Source of the DNA: Planctomycetota bacterium
GTDB lineage: Bacteria; Planctomycetota; B15-G4; JADJEK01
DNA length: 64,000 nt
Direction: 5' to 3'
Assembly: GCA_044225365.1 (NCBI GenBank)
Contig: JBGAIQ010000001.1
Location: 224,001-288,000, forward strand
Part shown: piece after piece, positions 46,126-55,447 of the stretch
Position numbering within the stretch: position 1 is the stretch's first letter
Layout: every line of letters begins with the position of its first letter
Notes under the pieces: model-generated
Databases searched by the model: none
What the model saw: only the letters and a program-made list of their open reading frames with translations
What the model was told of the DNA's origin: nothing
Made by a program: the position numbers and the translations under genes

Positions 46126-47645
46126 GCTCCGCGAAGACCTTCGGCACCGGCAAGAAGGCCGCGATCTTCCTGAACGTCGTCGTGATGGTGGCGCTCGCGG
46201 CCGTCGCAGCGGGATTCACGATCTACCTCGCGAGCTTCACGAAGCTGAAGTTCCGCGTCGATCTCACTCAGGCCGCGAACTACTCGCTGACGTCGCAGAG
46301 CGTCGAACTCCTGGCGGGACTCAATCGCGACATCGAGATCGTCACGGTCACCGATCCCGCGGCGACCGGATCGTGGGACCCCGAAGGTGCGATCCCGCGG
46401 GCGATGGAGTACGTGCGAGACCTGCTCCAGGAGTACAAGGTCCGCTCGTCGGGTCGGGTGTCGGTGGAGCATCTCGACGTCCAGCACGACGCGAATCGGG
46501 TGAGGGACGTCCAGCGCGAGGTCGGTGTCCTCTTCTACAACTTCGTCCTCGTGAAGTGCGGCAAGAACCGTCGCCTGCTCGCTCTCGATCCCGACCTCGC
46601 GGAGTTCGTTCGCGGCGACGTGAGCACGCGACGGCCTACGTCGCTCGTCGCCTATCGAGTGGAAGAAGCCCTCTCTTCGGCGATCTTCGGCGTGCTCGAC
46701 GAGAAGCGCCCGCAGGTCTACAACCTCGTCGGCCACGACGAAGTCGCGATCGGGCAGAACACACCCGAGGGCGGCGCACTCATCGCGACCTCGCTCGCGA
46801 GGGACAACATCGCGATCTCGGATTGGTCCTTGTTCCAGACCAAGAAGATCCCCGACGATGCCGACGCGGTCTTCCTGCTCGGCCCGCAATCTCCGCTCGT
46901 CCAGGACGAGCGATCGGCCATCGACGCCTACCTGCGCAAGGGAGGGCACTTGCTCGTGTGCATCGACCCGTTCTGCGATCCGTCGCTCGATGAGCTGTGG
47001 AACGCACTCGGAGTCGAACTCGAGCGCAACGTGATCACGAATCCCGTGTCGCAGGTGATGACGAACATCGATCCGCGCACGCACTTCGTCGGGTCGGGCA
47101 CCAATGCCAGCGGCACGTACGGCTCGCATCCCATCGTCGAGGACATGAAGCGCCGCTCGCAGACCGTGGTGCTCGATCAGTGCGCGGCGATCAAGGCGCG
47201 TTCCGGATTCGAGAAGTCGTTCACCACGCTGCTGACGTCGTACACGACTGCGTTCGGCGATGCGTTCGATCCGAAGACGCGAAAGGGCGACGGCAAGCTC
47301 GACAAGAAGACCGAGGTCGCTGGGCAGCGGATCCTCGGCGCCGCGATCGAGCCGACCGAGGGGCCGTACGCGAAGTCCCGCGTCGTGTTCCTCACGAGTT
47401 GGGCCTGCCTGCGCAACGATGCGATCGGTCGTTCGCTCGGCAACGATCAACTCCTCCACAAGGCGACCGCGTGGCTCATCGGCAAGAAGAACGCGATGAT
47501 CGCGCCGCCTCCGCGATTGCCGCCGCCCTCGGTCAGCGAACTCCGTCAGGACGAGTACGACAAGATCGCGACCTACACGATGCTCGTCTTGCCGGGCGGG
47601 GCCGTCCTGCTCGCGATCCTGGTCTGGCTCGCGCGACGAACCTGA
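46122..47645 (+). CDS. GldG-like ABC auxiliary component
   Basis: N-terminal TM, DLTQAANYSLTSQS, GHDE, GGHLLV, HPIV, C-terminal TM. Confidence 0.85.
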   Translation: MSSAKTFGTGKKAAIFLNVVVMVALAAVAAGFTIYLASFTKLKFRVDLTQAANYSLTSQSVELLAGLNRDIEIVTVTDPAATGSWDPEGAIPRAMEYVRDLLQEYKVRSSGRVSVEHLDVQHDANRVRDVQREVGVLFYNFVLVKCGKNRRLLALDPDLAEFVRGDVSTRRPTSLVAYRVEEALSSAIFGVLDEKRPQVYNLVGHDEVAIGQNTPEGGALIATSLARDNIAISDWSLFQTKKIPDDADAVFLLGPQSPLVQDERSAIDAYLRKGGHLLVCIDPFCDPSLDELWNALGVELERNVITNPVSQVMTNIDPRTHFVGSGTNASGTYGSHPIVEDMKRRSQTVVLDQCAAIKARSGFEKSFTTLLTSYTTAFGDAFDPKTRKGDGKLDKKTEVAGQRILGAAIEPTEGPYAKSRVVFLTSWACLRNDAIGRSLGNDQLLHKATAWLIGKKNAMIAPPPRLPPPSVSELRQDEYDKIATYTMLVLPGGAVLLAILVWLARRT

Positions 47646-47646
47646 G

Positions 47647-49476
47647 ATGAAGATCCGCACGACCGTCTTCCTGCTGCTGTTCGTAATCGGCCTCTTCGTC
47701 GTCTGGCACTACGCCGAGAAGAAGACCGGATCGGATCCCGCTCAGGAGGGCCCGACGCGACTGCTCGGCTCGTTCGATCCGACCTTGCTCGAGCGCATCG
47801 AACTCAACCTCACGACGACGCAGATGCTCGCGATCGTTCCGCGCGGCAAGGAGTTCTGGTTCGACGAACCGTTCCAAGACCGCGCGAAGCGGGATCAGGT
47901 CGAGTACCTGATCGAAATCCTGCGGCAGAACGCGCGGTTCATCGCGAACCCACATCCGACCAAGGACCTTCTCGTGAAGTGCGGTTTGGAACCGCCGAAG
48001 GCGCGCGTGACGCTCGTCGGGGACGGCGGGACACAACGCATCAGCATGCGCATCGGAGAGCGCGATCCCGCACAGGAACTGGTCTACGTTCGAGTCGAGG
48101 GGGATGACGCCATCTACACGACCGGCGCCAACCTCGTGAACTTGCTCGATCGTCATCAGCAGGATTGGCGTGACGCGCAATTCGCGAGCGGCGACGGCGC
48201 GCTCGTTCGCAAGGTCGAGATCGAGCGGCCGGGACAAGCCAAGATCGTCGCCGAACGTACGACGGGATCGGAATGGGCGCTCGTCGAGCCGTTCGTGTAT
48301 CCGGGTGACGATGGCGTCCTCGGCCGTCTCGTGAACGGATTGCTGTTGCTCCACGTCGACAACTTCCTCGACGTCCACGCCACGCAGGAGGAACTCGAGA
48401 AGGTCAATCTCGGCGCGAAAGCGACGAAGGTGACGCTGACGTTCCCGACGCGCACGCTCGAGCTGCGCTTCGGGTTCGAGGCCGGAGGGCCCGGGCGGCG
48501 GTACGCCTTCGAGTCCGAACGCGGCCACGGATTCATCGTCACGGGCGCAGCGCTCGCCTTGCTCGATACGCGGGCGAAGGCCCTGCGCGACAAGTTCGTG
48601 GCTCGTTTCGCGCCGGGCGACATCACACACATCCGCGTCGATCGTGACGGACAGACGCAGTTCGAACTCCGATTCCGCGCCTCGGAGCGGCGGTTCTTCT
48701 ACGAGCAGCCCTTTTCGTTCCCGTGCGACGACGCACGCAATTCACAGCTTCGCGCGTGGCTCGGTGCACTGTCGGGACTGCAGGCCACCGACTTCCTCGA
48801 TCCCGAAGAGCGGCCCGCGCCGGGATCGGGGATCGATCCGAACGAACAACTCGGTTTCACGAGCCCGCGCTATGTCTTCGAACTCGAAGCGGCGAACGGG
48901 AGCGGCAGTGCGGACAAGATCCGCATCGAAGTCGCGGAACATGACGAAGGCGGCCGGCGCGCAGTCCGGCGGACCGACAAGCTGCAGGACATGATCTGGT
49001 GGGTCCCCACGAACGTCGTCGACCCGATCGGTGACACCGACGCTCGCGTCTTCATCGCGCGCGAGGTGGTTCCCGACGCGGTGGAGGATTTCGAGAAGGT
49101 GACGATTCGCCTCGGCGACAAGTCTCGGACGATCGTGCGTCAGGGCGAAGTGGGGAAGGCCCGGACGTGGGTCGATCCGCAGAATTCGAAGACCCGAACG
49201 ACCGACATCCAACCCTTCGTCTATCGCCTGAAGGGACTCGCGGTCGACCGCATCCAGCCGCGCAACGAGATCGCCGCCGACGGCTTCGAACATGCTGCGA
49301 CCATCGACATCGAACTCGGTGGCTCGCGCGCGAAGGAAGGCACGGTGCATCTCGAGATCGGCGCGAAGGACGAATCGGGCAAGCTGGTCGCGGTGAAGGC
49401 GAACCGGCTGCCCGCGCGTACGGTAGCGCTCGCCGACGTGTGGTTGCGCGACGAACTCGAGGCGCTCTTCAAGTAG
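47647..49476 (+). CDS. DUF4340-like repeat membrane-anchored periplasmic protein
   Basis: N-terminal anchor; repeated W..EP...D / GL..P / YVR units; usual partner downstream of GldG-like genes. Confidence 0.75.
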   Translation: MKIRTTVFLLLFVIGLFVVWHYAEKKTGSDPAQEGPTRLLGSFDPTLLERIELNLTTTQMLAIVPRGKEFWFDEPFQDRAKRDQVEYLIEILRQNARFIANPHPTKDLLVKCGLEPPKARVTLVGDGGTQRISMRIGERDPAQELVYVRVEGDDAIYTTGANLVNLLDRHQQDWRDAQFASGDGALVRKVEIERPGQAKIVAERTTGSEWALVEPFVYPGDDGVLGRLVNGLLLLHVDNFLDVHATQEELEKVNLGAKATKVTLTFPTRTLELRFGFEAGGPGRRYAFESERGHGFIVTGAALALLDTRAKALRDKFVARFAPGDITHIRVDRDGQTQFELRFRASERRFFYEQPFSFPCDDARNSQLRAWLGALSGLQATDFLDPEERPAPGSGIDPNEQLGFTSPRYVFELEAANGSGSADKIRIEVAEHDEGGRRAVRRTDKLQDMIWWVPTNVVDPIGDTDARVFIAREVVPDAVEDFEKVTIRLGDKSRTIVRQGEVGKARTWVDPQNSKTRTTDIQPFVYRLKGLAVDRIQPRNEIAADGFEHAATIDIELGGSRAKEGTVHLEIGAKDESGKLVAVKANRLPARTVALADVWLRDELEALFK

Positions 49477-49512
49477 AGTGGCGTCGAACACCACTTCGCA
49501 ACGGCACCACGG

Positions 49513-50688
49513 GTGATGGGTCGCGCACCGCACGAAGACGTCGAAATCGCGCTGCGGGCTCCGCTGCTCGAGCCGATTCCAGGTCTCTTGCATCGTGCGG
49601 CCCGCATTCCGCTCGCGGCGCATCACGGTATCGTTCGCTTCCACGACGTGCTCGCGGCTCGACCCGAGAGACTCGGTTGCCTCGCCAGCGCGGCGCGACC
49701 GATTGCCCCGTCGGAGATCCTCTTCCTCGACATCGAGACCACGGGTCTCGGGCGCGAAGACGAGGTCGTCTTCCTCGTCGGCGCCGCGCGCATCGACGGT
49801 GAATTCGTCGTCCTCGAGCAGTGGCTGCTCGCCGGAGATCGGGATCTGCGCGGCCGCGCGGCGGAGCGGGAGATGTTGGAGCGCACCGTGGCTCTCGCGC
49901 GGTCGAAGGAAGCGCTCGTCACGTTCGTGGGCAAGGCCTTCGACCGCCATCGCCTCGACGATCGGATCGAGAGCGTCATGGGGGAGCGGCCCCTCACCGC
50001 GATGGCGCACCTCGACCTGTTTCACTCCTCGAAGCGGCTCTTCGCACCGAGTCTGCGGGATGCACGGCTCTCCACTCTCGAATCCGAACTGCTGGGCATC
50101 GCGCGCGGTCGCGACCTGTCCGGGGCGCAGTGTCCCGAGGCGTGGTTCGACTTCGTCGACAGTGGGCGGCGTTCGTTCATCGAGCCGGTGCTGCGTCACA
50201 ACGCGCTCGACACGTTGACGCTCCTCGCGCTGCTCGCGCGAACCGAACAGGTGTTTGCGTCGCCGGCGACTCGCAGCGAATCGGCTCGCGCCGGACTGCT
50301 GTTCCACGCGAAGCGCACGCCGCTCGCCGCCGAACTCGCTCTGCCGTATCTCGAGCGCGCGTGCGCCGAGCCGATCCCGGAGGGAGGCAAAGAGTCGCAC
50401 CCGGCGATCGAGGCGTTGGCGGATCTGCTTCGCTCGCGCGGCGATTCCCAGCGCGCCCTTCTCCTCCTCGAGCGCGAAGGGAGGAGAAGGCACGACTGCG
50501 ATCTGATGAAACGGGCGGCGACGATCGCCGAACGCGATCTTCGAGACGCGGCAGCGACGTTGCGACTCCTGCGACTCGCCGGCGAATACGCTCCGGCGGA
50601 CGAACGGGCAGCCCTCGTCGCGCGTCTCTCTCGCCTCGAGCGACGGATCGCGGTCGATCGCGCGGCCGCGAGCGATCCGGGCGGCTGA
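49513..50688 (+). CDS. YprB/MrfB-like RNase H-fold (DEDD) exonuclease with helical C-terminus
   Basis: FLDIETTGL, VTFVGKAFD, HLDL, LE..LLGI.R..D..G, HNALD. Confidence 0.85.
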   Translation: MMGRAPHEDVEIALRAPLLEPIPGLLHRAARIPLAAHHGIVRFHDVLAARPERLGCLASAARPIAPSEILFLDIETTGLGREDEVVFLVGAARIDGEFVVLEQWLLAGDRDLRGRAAEREMLERTVALARSKEALVTFVGKAFDRHRLDDRIESVMGERPLTAMAHLDLFHSSKRLFAPSLRDARLSTLESELLGIARGRDLSGAQCPEAWFDFVDSGRRSFIEPVLRHNALDTLTLLALLARTEQVFASPATRSESARAGLLFHAKRTPLAAELALPYLERACAEPIPEGGKESHPAIEALADLLRSRGDSQRALLLLEREGRRRHDCDLMKRAATIAERDLRDAAATLRLLRLAGEYAPADERAALVARLSRLERRIAVDRAAASDPGG

Positions 50689-50697
50689 CCCCGAGGA

Positions 50698-53600
50698 TCA
50701 GCGACCCGGTCGCTCCGAAGCCCTCCGCAGCGGCGGCCGCGGTCGCTCTTCCCACGCCTTCACGTCGCCGAGCAGCACCTCGATGCCCTTCTCGAGCTGT
50801 TCGTCCTTGCCGGCGGGCAAGTCGCCGGGCTTCGGCCAGATCGTGAAATCGGGTTCTGCACCGTTCAGCTCCATGTCCTCACCGGTGTCGGGGAGGAACC
50901 AGCCGCGAAAGGGCATTCGGAGGAAGCCGATGTCGAGGATCTCGGTTCCACCCGTGCTGATCACGCCGCCCGCGGTCCTCACACCGACGAGTTTGCCGCG
51001 CTTCAGCGTCCGGACCGCGTGAGCGAAGATCTCGGCGTTGCTGAAGCTGTTCTGGTCGCAGAGGACGAGGATCGGCTTGCTCCAACTCGCGTACACCTGG
51101 CGATCCTGCGGGTATCCGGGCTTGCCTCCGCGTCCGACCGCGAGCGCGTGGGCGGGTTGCGTGAGCGACGTCAGCAGATGGTCCGCGGTGGATCCGCCAC
51201 CGTTGCCGCGGACGTCGATGATGATCCCGTCGCGTCCGTAGCCGATGCGATAGAGATCGGCATCGAAGCGCTGGAAGCTCGACCAGTCCATGCCGGCGAT
51301 GTGCAGGTAGCCGAGTCTGCCGTTCGACTTCGCGTCGACGAGCTTGCGATTGGCGTCGATCCATTCGTCGTAGAGCGCCTGACGCATCGCAGCGTAGGTG
51401 GTGGGGCGAACGATCACGTCGCGCTCGGGCTTCGAACGGTCGACGCTCCCGATCCGCAACTGGATGTCGCGCGGCGCGGTGCCGTTCAGCACCTCCGTCG
51501 GGTCGAGCGCGGGATCGACGGCGCGACCGTCGACGGCGAGAACGATTTCACCGACTTCCACCTTCGAGCTGCCTTCCGCGCAGGGACCCTTCTTCCACAC
51601 GAACTCGACCTTCCAACCCGGGCCCTTGAATCGGGGGTCGAATCGCAATCCGAGATGCGCGGTCGTGTCCGTGAACGCCGGAGACGTGCTCTCCGGAGGC
51701 TCGCTCGGTGTGAAGCCGAGATGCGATCCGTTGAGCTCGCCGAGCATCATCTGGACGACCTGCTGGAGCTGCGACGAGTCGGTGGCGTTGGCGGCGACGT
51801 CTTCGTACTTGCGGCGGATCGCGTCCCAGTTGCGATGGTTCAATCGCTCGTCGTAGAAGCTGTCCCGCATCACTCGCCACGCCAGCGTGAAGGCGGTCTT
51901 GAACCGTTCGCCGACGCGGATCTCCTGCTGCGTCGAGAACGGACTCGCTGTCTGCGCGCCTTGAGCATTGGTCGTGGTCGGCACGCCGCCCGACACACCG
52001 CCCCAGACCTTCGCCTTCGGCGAGCGAACCGGACGGGAGAGGAACTTGGCGGGGAGCGGCTTCGGTGTGAGGTCCTCGGGGAATTCAACCGAGTAGACGC
52101 CGGCCTTCCCGTCGATCGTCGCGTTGAACGCGAGTTTCTTGTCGTCGATGAATAGGAGCCCGCCCTCGTTGGAATCGGGGATGCGGATCGAGTGGATGCG
52201 ATCGCGCAGACCGTCGAAGTCGATCTTCACCTCGGGGAGCTCGACCTTCTTGTCGTCCTTCTCACCCGGCTTCTCGGGGGCCTTCTCGGGAGGTTTCTTG
52301 TCGTCGGGCTTGTCCGGCAATTTCTCGCCCGGCTTGTCGTCCTTCGGTTTGGCGCCCTTCTCCGGCTTGCGCTCCTTCTCCATCTTCTCGATCGCTTTCT
52401 TCAGCTTGCGATCGCGCGAGTCCTGATCCTCGTCCTCCTTGCGCAGGAAGACCCAGTAGATGTCGACCTCGTCCTGCAAGCGTTTGCCGACGAAGGCGAG
52501 GATCCTTCCGTCCAGCGACCAACGTGCTTCGTAGTCGTTGTCCGGATGGACCGAGACGTTGTAGGGCGGTGACGATCCATCGGCGGGGAGGATCCAGATG
52601 TCGCTGTTGAAGTTCTCGTCGGCGACCGAATAGGCGAGCCATTTCGCGTCGGGGGACCACTCGTAGTTCGGCGCATCGAAGGAAGCGAGGAGACGTTTGA
52701 CGTTCTTGCCCTCGAGGTCGGAGACCATGAGATCGCCCGCGCCGCGAACGTACGAGAGCCGCGTTCCGTCGGGCGAGATTCGAAGCTGCCGCTCGACCTC
52801 GACGTCCTGGGTGATCCGCTTCATCACGAAATCGTGATTCCGCCACCAGTACTTCTCTTCGTCGGCGCGCTCGACTCGCCACACGTCGCTCTGACCCGAC
52901 TGATCGGAAACGAAGTAGATCGCCTTTCCATCGGGTGAGAACACGGGCTCGGTCTCGCTCTCCGGCGTGTTCGTCACCCGCACCGGCTCTCGCAGTTCGG
53001 TGTCCATCACGAACAGATCGCCCCCGGCGACGAACGCGATCTCGAGGCCGTCCGCAGAATACGCGGCGGATTCGGCCGACGTCAGCGTTCGTCGCAGCAC
53101 GTCGCGGCGCAGCGGCTCGCCTTCGTTCGTGATGTCGATCCGCCGTGGAGCTTCGCCCGTGGCGGGGTGATAGGAGTAGAGTTCGATTCCACGTCGAAAC
53201 ACGATCGTCTTGCCGTCGGCCGAGCACGCCGCGAACGAGACTCCGTCGTCCTGATACTCGGTCAGCTTCTTCGTGGTCGCGCTCGCGAGATCGCGTTCGT
53301 AGAGGTTGTAGGTGCCGTCCTGTTCCGAGACGAAGTAGAACCCGCTTCCGTCGCCGCGCCACATCGGAAGGCGCGCAGCGCGTTCGCTGTGGAGGATCTC
53401 GGAGAACGCTCCGCTCGTCTTGTCGAACAGCCAGATCTGCGCGGCCTCGGTGCCGACGTAGCCCTTGCGCCACCAATCGACGCCTTCGCGCACGAAGAGG
53501 ATCTTCTGGCCGTCGGGGGAGTACGTGCCGTTCGTCGCGTAGTCGTTGAACACGACCTTCTCGGCCGTGCGCTTCGTGAGATCGACTTCGATCAGACGCT

Positions 53601-54045
53601 GCGCACTTCGCCAGAAGTGATCGCGTGAGCCCCGAGTGAGCAAGACGTCGTCGCCCGGAGCGAACTCCTCGATCGCGTAGCCCTCGCTGTGCCACGTGCG
53701 TTGAGTCGGTGTGCCCGCGAGCGGAGAGGCGGGGCCCCGCGACGTCAACGGCATCGTGAAGACCTGGAACGAGCCGGTTCGGTTCGACACGAAGGCGAGC
53801 GTCTTGCCATCGCGCGAGAACCTCGGATTGCGATCGATGGCGCGATCGAAAGTGACCCGCGTCGCGGAGCCACCCATGACACTCGTCAAGAAGACGTCCC
53901 CCGCGACGGAGAACGCGAGCGTTCCTCCGTCCGGCGAAACGGCGAAATCCGAGAGCAGACGGATCGGCTCGGTCGCGGAGCCGATCGGCGCGCCGATCGC
54001 GGTGGAGATCAGGGTGACGAGTGCAATGGGGGCCATCGATCGCAT
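50698..54045 (-). CDS. Tricorn-like S41 peptidase (beta-propellers, PDZ, catalytic domain)
   Basis: Signal peptide; SPDG repeats; MLGELNGSH; GYLHI; IIDVRGNGGG; SFSNAEIF. Confidence 0.93.
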   Translation of the reverse strand: MRSMAPIALVTLISTAIGAPIGSATEPIRLLSDFAVSPDGGTLAFSVAGDVFLTSVMGGSATRVTFDRAIDRNPRFSRDGKTLAFVSNRTGSFQVFTMPLTSRGPASPLAGTPTQRTWHSEGYAIEEFAPGDDVLLTRGSRDHFWRSAQRLIEVDLTKRTAEKVVFNDYATNGTYSPDGQKILFVREGVDWWRKGYVGTEAAQIWLFDKTSGAFSEILHSERAARLPMWRGDGSGFYFVSEQDGTYNLYERDLASATTKKLTEYQDDGVSFAACSADGKTIVFRRGIELYSYHPATGEAPRRIDITNEGEPLRRDVLRRTLTSAESAAYSADGLEIAFVAGGDLFVMDTELREPVRVTNTPESETEPVFSPDGKAIYFVSDQSGQSDVWRVERADEEKYWWRNHDFVMKRITQDVEVERQLRISPDGTRLSYVRGAGDLMVSDLEGKNVKRLLASFDAPNYEWSPDAKWLAYSVADENFNSDIWILPADGSSPPYNVSVHPDNDYEARWSLDGRILAFVGKRLQDEVDIYWVFLRKEDEDQDSRDRKLKKAIEKMEKERKPEKGAKPKDDKPGEKLPDKPDDKKPPEKAPEKPGEKDDKKVELPEVKIDFDGLRDRIHSIRIPDSNEGGLLFIDDKKLAFNATIDGKAGVYSVEFPEDLTPKPLPAKFLSRPVRSPKAKVWGGVSGGVPTTTNAQGAQTASPFSTQQEIRVGERFKTAFTLAWRVMRDSFYDERLNHRNWDAIRRKYEDVAANATDSSQLQQVVQMMLGELNGSHLGFTPSEPPESTSPAFTDTTAHLGLRFDPRFKGPGWKVEFVWKKGPCAEGSSKVEVGEIVLAVDGRAVDPALDPTEVLNGTAPRDIQLRIGSVDRSKPERDVIVRPTTYAAMRQALYDEWIDANRKLVDAKSNGRLGYLHIAGMDWSSFQRFDADLYRIGYGRDGIIIDVRGNGGGSTADHLLTSLTQPAHALAVGRGGKPGYPQDRQVYASWSKPILVLCDQNSFSNAEIFAHAVRTLKRGKLVGVRTAGGVISTGGTEILDIGFLRMPFRGWFLPDTGEDMELNGAEPDFTIWPKPGDLPAGKDEQLEKGIEVLLGDVKAWEERPRPPLRRASERPGR

Positions 54046-54203
54046 GCGCTACCTCGGATTCACTGGGGACGGCATCGCTCGGCGAAGCTCTCGAAGCCGG
54101 GCGTTCTACCGAAAGTCCGTGGGCGGGTCACGGGTGCACCCGCGGTCGAAGGAGTACGCGCCGCGACGCCGGCTGTGAGGGATCGCCTCGCGAGGATTCG
54201 GCG

Positions 54204-54794
54204 TCAGGTCGGCGAGCGCAATGCCAGGGCCTTGCGTGCGAGGCGCGCGAGACTCTCATCGTTCGCCGACGATTCGAATCCGATCTGCTCGAGCGGGAAC
54301 CACTTCAAGTCGTTCGACTCGTCGCTGACGCGGACGGCTTGTCCGGGCGCGGCGACGAGCAGATAGCGGAAGTCATGATGCTCGTGCTCCGGTTCGTCCT
54401 TGCGCGCCGGGATCGAGTGCACGTCGAGATCGAACGGCAGCGGAGAACCATCGGATATCGGCGGAAGGAACGAGAACTCCGTCATCCCGGACTCCTCGCG
54501 CGCTTCGCGCATTGCGGAGAGATGCGGTTCGGCCTCGCCGTCGACGTGACCGCCGAGTTGGAGCCAGCGATCGAGTTTCTTGTGATGGGTGAGGAGGCAG
54601 GAACGATGGTCGGGGGAGAGGACGAGCGCCGACGCGGTCACATGGCCGACGCGACAGGTCCGGAGCAGGCAATCGCGGTGCCCAGCGAGGAGATGGAGGA
54701 TCCGCTGGACGACGGCCGACTCCTGCGGATTCGCGTCGAGATAGCGCAGGACGACGTCGCGAACGGGATCGCGGGAGTCGGGACCGCTGCTCAT
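54204..54794 (-). CDS. NUDIX hydrolase
   Basis: GHVTASA; WLQLGGHVDG...AMREAREESG; HHDFRYL. Confidence 0.92.
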   Translation of the reverse strand: MSSGPDSRDPVRDVVLRYLDANPQESAVVQRILHLLAGHRDCLLRTCRVGHVTASALVLSPDHRSCLLTHHKKLDRWLQLGGHVDGEAEPHLSAMREAREESGMTEFSFLPPISDGSPLPFDLDVHSIPARKDEPEHEHHDFRYLLVAAPGQAVRVSDESNDLKWFPLEQIGFESSANDESLARLARKALALRSPT

Positions 54795-55447
54795 GGGACG
54801 ATCCGTACTCGACCGCCGTCGATTCGAAGCTTGTCCTGCTGATAGAGCGCGATCGCTTCGACGTAGGCGAGGCTCTCGGCGGCGAAGACGTTCGCGGCGA
54901 TCGCGTCGGAGTCGTCCTCGAAGGCCACTGGAACCGCGCGCTGCACGATGATCGGTCCGTGATCGTATTCGTCGTCGACGAAATGCACGGTGCAGCCTGT
55001 GACCTTCACTCCGCTCTTGCGCACCGCGTCATGGACGTGGTGGCCGAAGTAGCCCTTGCCGCCGAAGGAGGGCAGCAACGCTGGATGGATGTTCATCACG
55101 CGGCCGCGCCAATGTACGGCGATCGGGAGTTTCACGAGATAACCGGCGAGGATCGCGAGGTCGACTCGATGGGCATCGAGGGAATCGAAGATCGCGGCGG
55201 AGAACTCGGCCTCGCTCGGGAAATCCCGCGGACGCACGACGCTCGCCGGGACGCCGAGGCCCTTCGCGCGTTCGAGGGCGTAGCACCTGTTCCCGCTCGC
55301 GATGCAGCACGCGATCTCGGCGAACAAGCTGCCCTCGCCCGTGCGGCGGCAGGCTTCGTCGAGATACTGCAGAGTACGACCGCCTCCCGAGACGAGGACG
55401 CCGAGCCGCAATCGTCGAGACGTGTCCCTGGGCGTGATCGTCGTCAT
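54791..55447 (-). CDS. purN: Phosphoribosylglycinamide formyltransferase
   Basis: VLVSGGGRTL, LAGY, NIHPALLPSFGG, GCTVHFVDDEYDHGPII. Confidence 0.95.
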   Translation of the reverse strand: MTTITPRDTSRRLRLGVLVSGGGRTLQYLDEACRRTGEGSLFAEIACCIASGNRCYALERAKGLGVPASVVRPRDFPSEAEFSAAIFDSLDAHRVDLAILAGYLVKLPIAVHWRGRVMNIHPALLPSFGGKGYFGHHVHDAVRKSGVKVTGCTVHFVDDEYDHGPIIVQRAVPVAFEDDSDAIAANVFAAESLAYVEAIALYQQDKLRIDGGRVRIVP

